Below are positions 21,940 to 37,800 of a stretch of DNA of 64,000 nucleotides, piece by piece (positions within the stretch are counted from its first letter, which is position 1; the number at the start of each line of letters is the position of its first letter). This DNA comes from the human T2T-CHM13v2.0 reference genome, Homo sapiens: the NCBI RefSeq assembly GCF_009914755.1, contig NC_060945.1. The stretch is one strand, 5' to 3'. Under the pieces are notes generated by a model. It saw nothing but the letters and a program-made list of their open reading frames with translations. It was not told where the DNA came from and searched no databases. The position numbers and the translations under genes are program-made.

Positions 21940-22589
21940 TTATTGCTTATACATTTATATGTCAAGTGGAACTGCACTTAACTGCAGTGGGATTCAGGAC
22001 GAGTTAGATGAGCAAGGAGATTTCCTACTACAATCCTGTGAGGCAGGCAGCGACCCGCCACAGGGCGCCAGCCTGCGTGTGTCCCACAGAGCAGGCACTC
22101 TGTGCAAGGACAGAAGTTCTGCTGTCCTAAGTGAGCAGCCTCCCCTGGATCTCCTGTAGCTGCAGCTGAAAGGTCTGTACCAGCTATAACAACTGTGTGA
22201 TGAGATTCTCCCATAGAAAATGCCAAGATGGAAACAAGAAAAAAAGGCCAGCCCCAAAGGAAGGCTTTCTCAGCAACCTTGGCCCTAGGGTATATGAGAA
22301 CAAGACAGGACAGAATCACTGCTCTCCACCATCTCTGCAGCTGGCAGTTACCAGTGTCAGAAAATTCTCTCTTCTGGCTGGGACCACCAGCCCCACACAG
22401 ACCCACCTCCTAACGGCCCATGCTGGCAGGAGGGGCAGAGCCCCTGCCCCTCCACCCCCAACCATCCCTAGCAACTGGCTTTTGTCTCCTCACCACTCCC
22501 CACAGTCTTGCACCCTGACTCAGGTGTCGCTATAGGGCGCTATTTCCTGGTCCTTCCGGAATAAGGTCATTAGGAGGGACCGATCCCAC

Positions 22590-22734
22590 CTTTTATTCAG
22601 GAGGCTGCTAGCACCAGTCCTCCCTGCGGCCTTGCCAAGAGGAGAGTGCTGAAAGGGTGCATCCTCTGTGCTCGGGCTGACTTCACCGTCACCTGGTTTC
22701 TTCTCCTTCAGGGAAAAGGGTTTCTTATTGGGGC
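22590..22734 (-). CDS. MCM3AP: MCM3AP exon 4
   Basis: cacag|[12 protein letters not shown]...SLLNK|gtggga; 145 nt, phase consistent. Confidence 0.95.
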
Positions 22735-23093
22735 CTGTGGACATAGGAGGCAGAAAAGAGTTTATGCAATCACAGATCACCTGGAACTGGATTTTTTCAC
22801 TCTGTTTCTAAGAAAGTAATATTATTTTCATTGTCACAGGAGGTTAGAGAAGAGCCCAAGGAAATAACTGTGAGATGCAAATCCACTGAGAGCCAGCCTC
22901 CTCCACTGGCTGGGGAAAGGGCTCACGCTCAAAGGGTTTGGACCAAGAGCATGAGAAACTGAAAAGAGGGCCATGCACAATGGCTCATGCCTGTAATCCC
23001 AAGATCAGACTGGGCAACATAGCGAGATCTCATCTCTATAAAATAAATAAAAATAATTTTTTTAAAAAGTGAAAAGAATAATTGAAAACTCAC

Positions 23094-23172
23094 TTATTTT
23101 CTTCCTGTGCCAAAAGATAGCCATGTCTTTATGCAAACTTTTCCCCTTCTTTCTAGCCAGGGCTGCAGATGC
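23094..23172 (-). CDS. MCM3AP: MCM3AP exon 3
   Basis: ttccag|[26 protein letters not shown]|gtgagt; 79 nt. Confidence 0.95.
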
Positions 23173-23568
23173 CTGGAAAACAGTCCACAACCGCCATGTG
23201 TGAGTATATCAGGAAACCAAAGGAAATGGGATTGAAAACTCAAATGCAGTAAGCACAACAGACCATTCAAAGGCACCAGGAGCTCCTGTCCTTTGCACGA
23301 CAGTGATTTCTCCACCCACACGTCTGCTAACTGCATGGTCTCTGGCTGCGGCAGCAGCAGTATTCATCTCCCTTACCTGTCTCACAAGCATGTATTTGCT
23401 CTTTCCCCCTTTTTTTTTTTGAGACAGAGTCTCGCTCTGTCAGCCAGGCTGGAGTGCGGTGGTGAGATCTCAGCTTACTGCAATCTCCACCTTCAGGGTT
23501 CATGCATTCTCCTGCCTCAGCCTCCTGAGTAGCTGGGACTACAGGCGCCCGCCACCACATCCGGCTAA

Positions 23569-23715
<147 letters not shown>

Positions 23716-25119
23716 TAACAACTTTGCTTCATAGAACTCACAAACTTGGCCTTGTTGGCATTTGGTGAGATGATTCTCACCAGCTGATCACACATACAGA
23801 GACAGAAAGTTTGCGAAGTCACAATTAAGCACAAAAGGGAGCTGCAGAATAACACACATGGGATGCCACTTACCACAGAAAACACACACAAAACCAACCA
23901 CGTTAGTCTCCGTGTAGATACACTCATAAAAATGTCTAAAAAAATACACATCACACTAGTTAACTGGACTGCTCCTGAGTAACAGGAGAGATGAGGATAT
24001 TCAGTTTTGTCTGTATCAATGAATTGTTTATAAAGGCAGTCTATTTACATATTAGTTATGTCATAAAATATTTAAGGTTCAGCTGGGAAAATAAGCACAT
24101 TGCAACAGGCAAAAAATAACTGTAAAAACAAAAGGGGGTTGGGCATGGTGGCTCATGCCCGTTATCCTAGCACTTTGGGAGGTGGAGGTGGGAGGATCAC
24201 TTGTGCCCAGGAATTTAGGACCAGCCTGGGCCACATAGTGAAACTTCATCTCAAAAAAATAAATAAATAATAAAATAACAATAAAATAAATAGTAGTAAT
24301 AAATAATAAAAACAAGGCCAGGCATGGTGGCTCACGCCTGTAATCCCAGCACTTTGGGAGGCCAAGGTGCGTGGAACACTGAGGTCAGGAGTTCGAGACC
24401 AGCCTGGCCAACGTGGTGAAACCCCCTCTCCACTAAAACTACAAAAATTAGCCAGGCATGGTGGTGCACACACAATCCCAGCTACTTGGGAGGCTGAGGG
24501 AGGAGAATCGCTTGAACTGGAAAGGTAAAGGTTGAAGTGAGCCAAGATTGCGCCACTACAATACAGGCTGGGAGACAGAGCAAGGCCCCGTCTCAAAAAC
24601 AACAACAACAAAAATGAGAGCCGGTACAATGACTCAGGTCTGTAATCCCAACATTTTGGGAGGCTAAGGCAGGAGGACAGCTTGAGGACCGGAGTTCGAG
24701 ACCTGCCTGAGCAACACAGTAAGACCCCATCTATACAAATGTAAAAATACAAACTTTTTTTAATTAAAAAAATTAAAACTAAAAACAAATTAGGATTACC
24801 ATATGACCCAGCAATTCCAATCCTAAGAATATACCCCAAAAAACTGAAAGCAGGGACTCAAATAAGTCATATGCCAATGAACATTATTCACAATAGCCAA
24901 AAAGTAGAAACAACCCGCGTCTGCCAACAGACGAATCAACAAAACGTAGTCCATCCACTCAATGTAGTATCATTCACTTTATAAATTTATACTTTATAAA
25001 TTCCTATAGAACGTAATTTTGTCTATGAGAATACTCAGAAAAAATAGTGACGATATAAAGCTATATAACATAAGCAGTCCACGTTCACTGCACCCTAGAA
25101 AGTATTATGCATACATTTA

Positions 25120-25727
<608 letters not shown>

Positions 25728-26211
25728 TAGCCAGGATGGTCTGGATCTCCTGACCTCATGATCCGCCCACCTTGGCCTCCCCAGGTGCTGGGACTACAAG
25801 CGTAAGCCACCACGCCCGGCCAATTTCACTTTTTCTGTATTGTTTGAACGTTTACAGCGATCATCTTCTATGACCAAATAAAACAAAAACAAAACCAAAA
25901 AACTCAACTTCCAAAAGTACTATGTGGTTAGAGCCTTTCAGAAGAATTTCTGAATTTCTAAAGCCTTTCAGAAGAATTTCACTTCATGAGAACAACTCTC
26001 CCAGCATTTCTAGAGTACTATATTCTGTAGGGACCTAGAATATGCCAAGTTATGAAATAAATAGTGCTATCCCAGCCTATGCTAATAAGATATTTGAGTA
26101 CTTTCTCTATATTATAGTAAGCAAACAACTGAGGGACCAAAAAAAAAAAACAGGTTTTAAAGTGACAAGGTTCAAATCTAGGGTAACAAATGGCAAGATG
26201 GGAGTACTCAC

Positions 26212-26435
26212 ATGATCAAAGAAATGTACCACTGCAAGCTTTTTGCTGCGCCTGGTAAAGATGCGCTGCACTTTAGCAATTTTGCCAAAATGGTTCTCCA
26301 GAATGGTCCTGTCGTTGAGGTAGTCAGGGATATTCTTGCACTGGATGGCTGTGACTTCAGAGGGAGACAAGCCCCCAAGACTGTCTGTGCTCTCGCTTCT
26401 GTTACTCTGACGCGCCGGAGTTCCTCTTAGAGAAT
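26212..26435 (-). CDS. MCM3AP: MCM3AP exon 2
   Basis: cctag|(D)SLRGTPARQ...VVHFFDH|gtgagt; 224 nt, cumulative 1443. Confidence 0.96.
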
Positions 26436-26664
26436 CTAGGGGTTCAGAGAATGGACACTTAAACCATCAGATGTTTCCAACAACAGGAGGCACCAACTGT
26501 GTCGAAGCAGAGGAAATTTTCAGATGTAAGACCTGCTCCGATGACATGTTAGAATCCCTAATGTTTATGGGAGATTTATCTGAAAAATCAAGCTAACACC
26601 CAGAGAAACGTATTGAAAACCTGCCTGCAGGATTTACTCTATGTGCTACATTTTCAGAGCTCAC

Positions 26665-27883
26665 CTTCTTTCTTCTCTCTACTTTCAGTTTCTTCCTCTT
26701 TATTCACACCTGGAATCCGGGAAGGTGCCAGGACAGACTGATTCCCTCCTGGGATAGCCATGTGGTCACTTTCTGCAGACTCAACAAAGCCAGTTTCCTT
26801 TTTGGCCTCCTTGTTGCCCAGACGACCTACTTCCTTATTGCTTTTGAAAACATCCTGTATCGTCCGACCAAATAAAGTACCTCCCCGGGGTCGATTCAGG
26901 CGGACAGGTCGTTTGTCTGGAGGATGATCGCCCCGGGACAGAGGATCCGAATCTTCTGCTGGCTCGTGGCCATGTCTCCTTGGGGAGCGATCCTGGTCCT
27001 CCTTCCTTTTCAGTCCTTTCATTAGGCTGGGAAGTGGTTCCACCTGGGAAACAGCTTCTTCACACCCCTGCCTGACACCTGCTTTGCTAGCCTGGAAAGG
27101 TTCGCCCAAAACCGCAGATGATACAGGGAAGCTACTGAAGCTATTATTAGAACTTCCAAATATTGACTTAGGTCCTCTCTTCTCTTCCTCTACATTTTGG
27201 TTTGACAAAGCAGGGGTAAAGGCAGATAATGAATTATTACTACTAACAGGTTTTGAAAAGGTAAAATTTGAAGTGGTAGCTGAACTACTTGTTACTTGAG
27301 GAAAAGAGAAAGGGGCCAGGCCTCCAGGTGCACTACTAATTGGGTGGGAAAATGTAAAAAACCCAGAAGCAATTTGGCTCTGGGTTTTCTCTGGCTCAGA
27401 TTCAGCCCCCAGTATTGGTTTGAACACTGCATTTTCCAGAGGTTTAAAGCTGAATTCTGTTTTCCCAAAACCAGAGTTCACTATTTCTCCAGCTTCTTGT
27501 CCAAAAGCAGAAGTGCTTGGGAAAGCCCCAACACTGGTGGGTGATTTAAAACTAAATCCTGTGTTTCCCAGCACAGATAAACTTGAAGGCCCAGAGGTAG
27601 CCACAAAGGTGGAAGTGTGCTCAAGTCCAGAAAAGGGTCCAACACTTGAGGTTTGGGTGAACCCTAATGTTTGCACTGAAGAGGAATGACTTACTCCAGA
27701 AGACGCTGGAAAGCTGGATACCTGTGAAAATCCCGAGCTCTTCCCAGATAAGGTACTGTTTTGTCCAAAAAGAGAAGGTTGACCAAATCGAAATGGCGGC
27801 TTAGATGGAAGTGTTCCTACATTACTAGAAGACGCCGAAAAAGCACTAGGCTGCTGCCCACTGAAAGGATTAGTTGGGTTCAT
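26665..27883 (-). CDS. MCM3AP: MCM3AP/GANP coding exon 1 (FG/FxF nucleoporin-like N-terminus)
   Basis: ATG at 27883 reads [16 protein letters not shown]...; contains FG motifs (FRFGQ, SLFGQ, SAFGQ, SGFGK, SIFGS); donor G|gtgag at 26664; 1219 nt, phase 1. Acceptor tttcag| opens the exon at 27991. Confidence 0.97.
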
Positions 27884-28747
27884 CTTCTGCTCCAATTATT
27901 AGAAGGTAATTAAGTATTATGTGTACAAAATTAATTGGCTTCCTGAAACAGCCTGTAGCACTAGGGAGTTCCCCTTCGTCTTTAGAACAAGCTGAAAGAG
28001 AAAAATTCAGATCATCATAGCTATGTTCTGCTACAAGTCTAAGAAAAGAATTTTTGAACACTGTCATACTAAAAGGATAACTATTTCAAAGGCAGGCAAA
28101 GGGTTATTATTTTCTGAGAGCCGATAGGTTATTTTGTTGGAGGGTGGGGTAGAGAGTGGTACAAATAATTACTTTGTTACAGAGGTTTAAAGCGTGATCC
28201 TTTAAGATTAAAAAAAAAAAAGCCGAATCTTTTTACTGAGTTAGTAAATTCATGAAAAACCTCCATTGGCAGTAAGAAAATGAATGCTGTTCCACCTTAC
28301 AACTTAGAGACGAATTTCTCCCGACTTCCTCCAATCTCTACAGCCGGAGAATTCACTGTAACGCTGTCAAAACCTTAGCGTTTCGGGATCTCCTCCCACC
28401 TGGCTTCCCTCGGAGCGGCTGGAGCGCTAAGCACTTTCTCACATTCCTTCATCGCGCCCTGGCGGCCACCCTCGAGCGGGCTGGAAGGACGAGGGCGCTG
28501 CCACGAAGCTGAGGCCTCTCGGCGGGGACGGCGTGCCCGGGGAGCCTAATCTTCCACCCAGCACAGCCCGAAACGGCGGAGGCCACGCGCTGGGCCCAGG
28601 CCGGCCTGGCCACTGTCCCGCCCCGGGCTCGCCAGGGGTCGCCGGCGCCGCAACGCTCCGTTAGCGACGATGTGGAGGCCCGGGCGCGCGGAGCTGCGTG
28701 GGGGAAGGAAACGGCGCCCCTGGCGCCGGCCCAGCCCCCACGCTCAC

Positions 28748-28880
28748 CGTCTCGCCCCAGGACCCCGAGGCCCGCGCTGCCCACTGGCCCCTCGGAAAGA
28801 CTTGAGGCGCAAGCACAGGCTGCTGCCGCGACACTCAGCGCTGCGCACCGCGGGCAGAAAACGCCGCGGACCGACTTCCG
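28748..28880 (-). other. MCM3AP: Probable non-coding first exon of MCM3AP (5' boundary uncertain)
   Basis: Strong donor ACG|gtgagc at 28747 inside the CpG island; matching acceptor at 27992 upstream of the ATG. Confidence 0.55.
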
Positions 28881-28939
28881 GTTCGCTCAGCACTACCGGA
28901 TTCCGCCCCGCCCGCTGCGATCCGGTTCCGCTCCCCACA

Positions 28940-29012
28940 ACCCGCTCTGTGGCGGGGCTTCCGGTCGGGAGGGTCCGCCAGCTCTCGCGTCCTTTGCTGG
29001 GTCCAGACACCG
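28940..29012 (+). other. YBEY: YBEY non-coding exon 1 (start approximate)
   Basis: Donor CCG|gtacgt at 29013; the next acceptor ccccag| opens exon 2 at 29467. Confidence 0.7.
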
Positions 29013-29510
29013 GTACGTCCGGGCGGGTTTTTAGTCTCCCAAGCGAGAGCGTCGCATTCACCCGCGTGGGTCTGCGGGCGCCCCAGACCCCAGAGGACCC
29101 GGCCCCCAACGCTTACCTGTCCCCTCTCCTGTCCCTCCCCCATTCCAGCCCCTTCTCTCCCCAGCCGTTGCCCCTCCCCGCACCCCGCCGCGTCCGCGCG
29201 CCTCTCTCCGCGCGCACCCCCAACCCGCCCCCTTTTCTCTGGGAACCGCTCCTTCCGCTCCGCCCGCCTGGAGTCCTTCTGGCCGGATTCCGCGGCATCC
29301 TTCCATAGACCCTCGTTGTTGCTTCCTCCTTGTGGTAAATGTAAATTCCCTTAAGATTTTCAATCAGTTCCACCAAATAAAGTGATCTGATTGCGCGTGC
29401 ATCTGTATTTTTACAGACCGTATTATCACTTGTACTGATTGGTCTTCTCTTACACTTTAACCCCAGGTTCCGTTGCAAACATTTTTAAAGGGCTGGTTAT
29501 TCTTCCTGAA

Positions 29511-29720
29511 ATGAGTTTGGTGATTAGAAATCTGCAGCGAGTCATCCCCATCAGGAGAGCGCCACTTCGCAGTAAGATCGAGATTGTAAGGAGGATTTTA
29601 GGAGTGCAGAAATTTGACCTGGGGATCATCTGTGTTGACAACAAGAATATTCAGCACATTAATAGAATCTACAGAGATAGAAATGTCCCAACCGATGTGC
29701 TTTCTTTTCCATTTCATGAG
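29511..29720 (+). CDS. YBEY: YBEY (rRNA maturation factor / YbeY metallo-endoribonuclease family) coding part of exon 2
   Basis: MSLVIRNLQ...[21 protein letters not shown] carries the YbeY N..YR....TDVLSF motif; donor GAG|gtaaaa. Confidence 0.97.
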
Positions 29721-30442
29721 GTAAAAAAAAAATGTTCCTCTTCTTGTCTAGCCCATCTTCCCAGAGTAAATTTCCTGTCGTTTTGTTTTGTTTTGTTTTG
29801 TTTTTTAATTGAGACGGAGTCTTGCTCTGTCACCCAGGCTGGAGTGCAGTGGTGCGATCTCGGCTCACTGCAACCTCCCTTCCTGGTTCAAGTGATTCTT
29901 TTGCCTCAGCCTCCCCAGTAGGTGGGACCACAGATGCTGGCCACCACGCCTGGCTAATTTTTTTTTGTCAGTATTTTTAGTAGAGACGGGGGTTTTACCA
30001 TGTTGGCCAGGCTGCTCCTGAACTGATCTCAGGTGATCTGCCTGCCTCGGGCTTCCCAGAGTGTTGGGATTACAGGCGTGAGCCAGAGCACCCGGCCTAA
30101 ATTTCATGTATTAATTATATTATAGGCTAGGCTCCATGGTGCCTATAAGTATATATGTTACAGACATGATTTTTAATTTTAATTTTGAAAATTTTCAAAT
30201 ATACACAAAAGTAGAGAGAGCAGTATATTCAGCCTCCACTGATCGAGGCCCATCACCCAGAGTCTACAATTACACTGGTAACCCAGCAGGAAAAAGAAAG
30301 GTGACAGCCGAGCGCGATGGCTCATACCCATAATCCCAGCACTTTGGGAGCCCGAGGCGGGTGGTTCACCTGAGGTCAGGAGTTCGAGATCAGCCTGGCC
30401 AACATGGTGAAACCCTGCCTCTACTAAAAACACAAAGAATTA

Positions 30443-30607
<165 letters not shown>

Positions 30608-31055
30608 TCAGGAAAAAAAAAAGAAAAGAAAAAGGTGACTAGCGTCCACCCCCCTTCCCCTCCTAATGCTCTCAGTGAATTAGAAGAGAGAAGCAAACTG
30701 CTTCTGCAATATTTTTGCAGTTTTAAGTGGGATTCGTTAATGAATATGTGCACATTGGAAAAATTAAAACAACACTGAAAATAAACAGACTGGGGTAAAT
30801 ATTTCCAACAAACTCAATGTAATAGCAGTCAGGTTATTATCTACATTCTGTAGATGACTTCATTCAAGGCTTCCCACATTGTAGCAGCAGGAATTGGAGC
30901 AATCCTTTGGGAAAGCAACTTGGCATTTCAAACACACGTATCCTTTAGTCCTGTGGTGACACACCCAAGACAATAAACCAAAAGGCAGAAGAGGCCGGGT
31001 GCAGTGGCTCACGCCTGTAATCCCAGCACTTTGGGAGGCCGAGGTGGGTGGATCA

Positions 31056-31313
<258 letters not shown>

Positions 31314-31316
31314 TCA

Positions 31317-31469
<153 letters not shown>

Positions 31470-31899
31470 TTAGCCGGGCATGGTGGTGTGCAGAGCTGTC
31501 GTCCCAGCTACTCAGGAGGCTAAGGTGAGAGGATCGCCTGAGCTCAAGAAACTGAGGCTGCAGTGAGCCAAGACTGCACCTCTGCACTCCACCCTGGGCC
31601 ACAGAGTAACACCCTTTTTCAAAAAAAAAGTTACCATTTTCTGTAATAGGAAAATAAGAGGAGCATCCTAAATATCCAGCCATAGGTGACTGGCTTAGTG
31701 TGAACAGTCCTTAACTAAGTGGACTGGTCTTTATAGTCTTTATGTGGAAAATGTGAAAGACTCTTTAGGACAAAATACCAAGTGGAAAGAACAGGAATAT
31801 ACAGTCGTGTCCATGTGATGATTTAACTCTGTAGAAGTTGTGGATCTGCGTGATTCTGCATTGGGAGGGATGAAAGAAATGAAAAGCCATTTGACAAGG

Positions 31900-33588
<1,689 letters not shown>

Positions 33589-33680
33589 ATGGAAACAATT
33601 TAGGGCACTTGTGTACGGTTGGCTGGGCAACCCACCCGCCACAGGCCCAGCTGCCACTCTGGCCTGAGACATGCATCTTA

Positions 33681-33827
<147 letters not shown>

Positions 33828-34157
33828 TTAGGCCAGACGCGGTGGCTCACGCCTGTAATCCCAGCACTTTCGGAGGCCAAGGCGGGTGGATCACCTGAGG
33901 TTGGGAGTTTGAGACCAGCCTGACCAACACGGAGAAACCCAGTCTCTACTAAAAATACAAAATTAGCCGGGTGTGGTGGCGCATGCCTGTAGTCCCAGCT
34001 ACTCGGGAGGCTGAGGCAGGAGAATTGCTTGAACCCAGGAGGCGGACACTCCAGCCTGGGCAACAAGAGGGAAACTCTGTCTCAGGAAAAAAAAAAAAAA
34101 AAGAAATACAAAAATTAGCTGGGCACGGTGGCATGCACCTGTAATCCCAGCTACTCA

Positions 34158-34262
<105 letters not shown>

Positions 34263-34399
34263 TCAAAAAAAAAAAAAAAAAAAGTGATTTGGTCAGAGAT
34301 AAGTGCTTATTTGCCTTGGGATTAACCAGGATGAAACCTGTCAACCTGTGGTTGGGTTACGTTTCCTGTTCTCTAAGTCTACATTTCCTCATTTTTTAG

Positions 34400-34528
34400 C
34401 ATCTGAAAGCAGGTGAATTTCCCCAGCCTGATTTTCCAGATGACTACAATTTGGGAGACATTTTCCTAGGAGTGGAGTATATCTTCCATCAGTGTAAAGA
34501 AAATGAAGATTACAATGACGTCCTGACT
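34400..34528 (+). CDS. YBEY: YBEY exon 3
   Basis: ttttag|[27 protein letters not shown]...DVLT|gtaagc; LGDI motif; 129 nt, phase 0-0. Confidence 0.96.
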
Positions 34529-34897
34529 GTAAGCGGGGATGCTGAAATCATATAACCTGGCTCATGGAACATGGGCCTTGCAAAGGGGTCAAGATCACAA
34601 CCCTGCATCCATGTGTGTCCGTGGGTACCGTAAGGGCTACTGGGGGAAGAACCTGTAAGCAGGGTGTGAGGAGCACCCAGGCTGGGTAGGGACTGCATGC
34701 CCCATGCCACAGTTGAAGGAGGGAGAGAACACGCTGTGAAAACACAGAAGCTCCCAGAGAAGCCTTCTCAGCTTTTATCTCTGGAGTAGAGCAGACTATG
34801 TTGAGCTAACACAGACCTGCTGAATCAGCTTCTTTCTGAGCTGCCAGAAGTACAGAAGTTGGAGCCTCCACCACCTTCCAGATCTGTTTCTCCTCAG

Positions 34898-37800
34898 TGT
34901 AATCCACCTATGGGTTCTTCCTGCCCACTGCACAGACAAAACCAATTCACTGCAATTGTGGTATTGCAGTAGAGAAAGAGTTTAACACAGAGCTAGCCAA
35001 GCAGAAAGGCTGGAGTTATTATTCAACTCAATCTCCCAGAGAACTCAGAGGCTACAGTTTCTACAGGCAATTTGGCAGGCAGGGGCTAGGGAATGCCTGC
35101 TGCTGATCGGCTGCAGACGGACCATGGGGTGTCAACGATTTTTGTCCCCTGAGTCCGCCTCTGCGTGGAGCCACGGGATCAGCTGAGTCATGAGTCTCAG
35201 GTCCAGGTGGAGTCTGTAGGTTGCCAGAACTCAAAAGTCTGAAAAACATCCCAAAAGACCATTCTTAGGTTGTACTATTGACGTTATCTTATTGGGGAGC
35301 AATTGGGGCGGTCACAAATCTCGTGACCTCTGGCTGCGTGAGTCCTGAGCAGTAGGGAATTACAGCAGGGCAAGCTGGGGAAGCAAGGCCTGCGGGCTGG
35401 TTCTCCTCAGGACACCTACATCTGAGCAGAATTCAGGCCCCTCCCATCATCCTAATCTTGTGGCCCTTCACAAGCTTCACAGAGGTGGCTTCGGTCTTGA
35501 GCAAGGAGGGGATTCGTTTTAGGGAGGGATGATTACTATTCTTGATTTAAAGTTAAACTCTAGATTAAATTCCTCCCGTGGTTAGCTTGGCCTGTGCCCG
35601 GGACTGAGTGGGGACAGCCACGCAAGTTAAACTCTAGATTAAATTCCTCCCGCGGTTAGCCTGACCCGTGCCCGGGACTCAGTGGAGTCAGCCACACAAG
35701 TTAAACTCTAGATTAAATTCCTCCCGCGGTTAGCCTGACCCATGCCCGGGACTCAGTGGAGTCAGCCACGCAAGTTAGACTCTAGATTAAATTCCTCCCG
35801 CGGTTAGCCTGACCCATGCCCGGGACTGAGTGGGGACAGCCACACAAGTTAAACTCTAGATTAAATTCCTCCCGCGGTTAGCCTGACCCATGCCCGGGAC
35901 TCAGTGGAGTCAGCCACGCAAGTTAGACTCTAGATTAAATTCCTCCCGCGGTTAGCCTGACCCGTGCCCGGGACTGAGTGGGGACAGCCACGCAAGTTAA
36001 ACTCTAGATTAAATTCCTCCCGCGGTTAGCCTGACCCGTGCCCGGGACTCAGTGGGGACAGCCACACAAGTTAAACTCTAGATTAAATTCCTCCCGCGGT
36101 TAGCCTGACCCGTGCCCGGAAGTGAGTGGAGTCGGCCACACAAGTTAAACTCTAGATTAAATTCCTCCCGTGGTTAGCCTGACCCATGCCCGGGACTCAG
36201 TGGGGACAGCCACGCAAGTTAAACTCTAGATTAAATTCCTCCCGCGGTTAGCCTGACCCGTGCCCGGGACTCAGTGGGGACAGCCACACAAGTTAAACTC
36301 TAGATTAAATTCCTCCCGCGGTTAGCCTGACCCGTGCCCGGGACTCAGTGGAATCAGCCACACAAGTTAAACTCTAGATTAAATTCCTCCCGCGGTTAGC
36401 CTGACCCATGCCCGGGACTCAGTGGAGTCAGCCACGCAAGTTAGACTCTAGATTAAATTCCTCCCGCGGTTAGCCTGACCCATGCCCGGGACTCAGTGGA
36501 GTCAGCCACACAAGTTAAACTCTAGATTAAATTCCTCCCGCGGTTAGCCTGACCCGTGCCCGGAAGTGAGTGGAGTCAGCCACACAAGTTAAACTCTAGA
36601 TTAAATTCCTCCCGCGGTTAGCCTGACCCGTGCCCGGGACTCAGTGGAGTCAGCCACACAAGTTAAACTCTAGATTAAATTCCTCCCGCGGTTAGCCTGA
36701 CCCATGCCCGGGACTCAGTGGAGTCAGCCACACAAGTTAAACTCTAGATTAAATTCCTCCCGCGGTTAGCCTGACCCGTGCCCGGGACTCAGTGGAGTCA
36801 GCCACACAAGTTAGACTCTAGATTAAATTCCTCCCGCGGTTAGCCTGACCCGTGCCCGGGACTCAGTGGAGTCAGCCACACAAGTTAAACTCTAGATTAA
36901 ATTCCTCCCGCGGTTAGCCTGACCCGTGCCCGGGACTCAGTGGAGTCAGCCACACAAGTTAGACTCTAGATTAAATTCCTCCCGCGGTTAGCCTGACCCG
37001 TGCCCGGGACTCAGTGGAGTCAGCCACACAAGTTAGACTCTAGATTAAATTCCTCCCGCGGTTAGCCTGACCCGTGCCCGGGACTCAGTGGGGACAGCCA
37101 CACAAGTTAAACTCTAGATTAAATTCCTCCCGTGGTTAGCCTGACCCATGCCCGGGACTCAGTGGGGACAGCCACACAAGTTAAACTCTAGATTAAATTC
37201 CTCCCGCGGTTAGCCTGACCCATGCCCGGGACTCAGTGGAGTCAGCCACACAAGTTAGACTCTAGATTAAATTCCTCCCGCGGTTAGCCTGACCCGTGCC
37301 CGGGACTCAGTGGAGTCAGCCACACAAGTTAAACTCTAGATTAAATTCCTCCCGCGGTTAGCCTGACCCGTGCCCGGGACTCAGTGGAGTCAGCCACACA
37401 AGTTAGACTCTAGATTAAATTCCTCCCGCGGTTAGCCTGACCCGTGCCCGGGACTCAGTGGAGTCAGCCACACAAGTTAGACTCTAGATTAAATTCCTCC
37501 CGCGGTTAGCCTGACCCGTGCCCGGGACTCAGTGGGGACAGCCACACAAGTTAGACTCTAGATTAAATTCCTCCCGCGGTTAGCCTGACCCGTGCCCGGG
37601 ACTCAGTGGAGTCAGCCACACAAGTTAAACTCTAGATTAAATTCCTCCCGCGGTTAGCCTGACCCGTGCCCGGGACTCAGTGGGGACAGCCACACAAGTT
37701 AAACTCTAGATTAAATTCCTCCCGCGGTTAGCCTGACCCGTGCCCGGGACTCAGTGGGGACAGCCACACAAGTTAAACTCTAGATTAAATTCCTCCCGCG

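Larger units (their letters stand above)
28400..29310. promoter_or_regulatory. Bidirectional CpG-island promoter shared by MCM3AP and YBEY
   Basis: Very GC/CpG-rich with no TATA box; ETS/GABPA cores ACTTCCGG (28874-28881) and CTTCCGG (28958-28964); GC box CCGCCC (28903); divergent first exons lie about 100-200 bp apart. Confidence 0.9.

Noticed and set aside
27884-27895. MEQK extension of GANP in the ORF track
   Set aside because: It starts at TTG; the recognised protein begins at ATG 27883, which has a good context.
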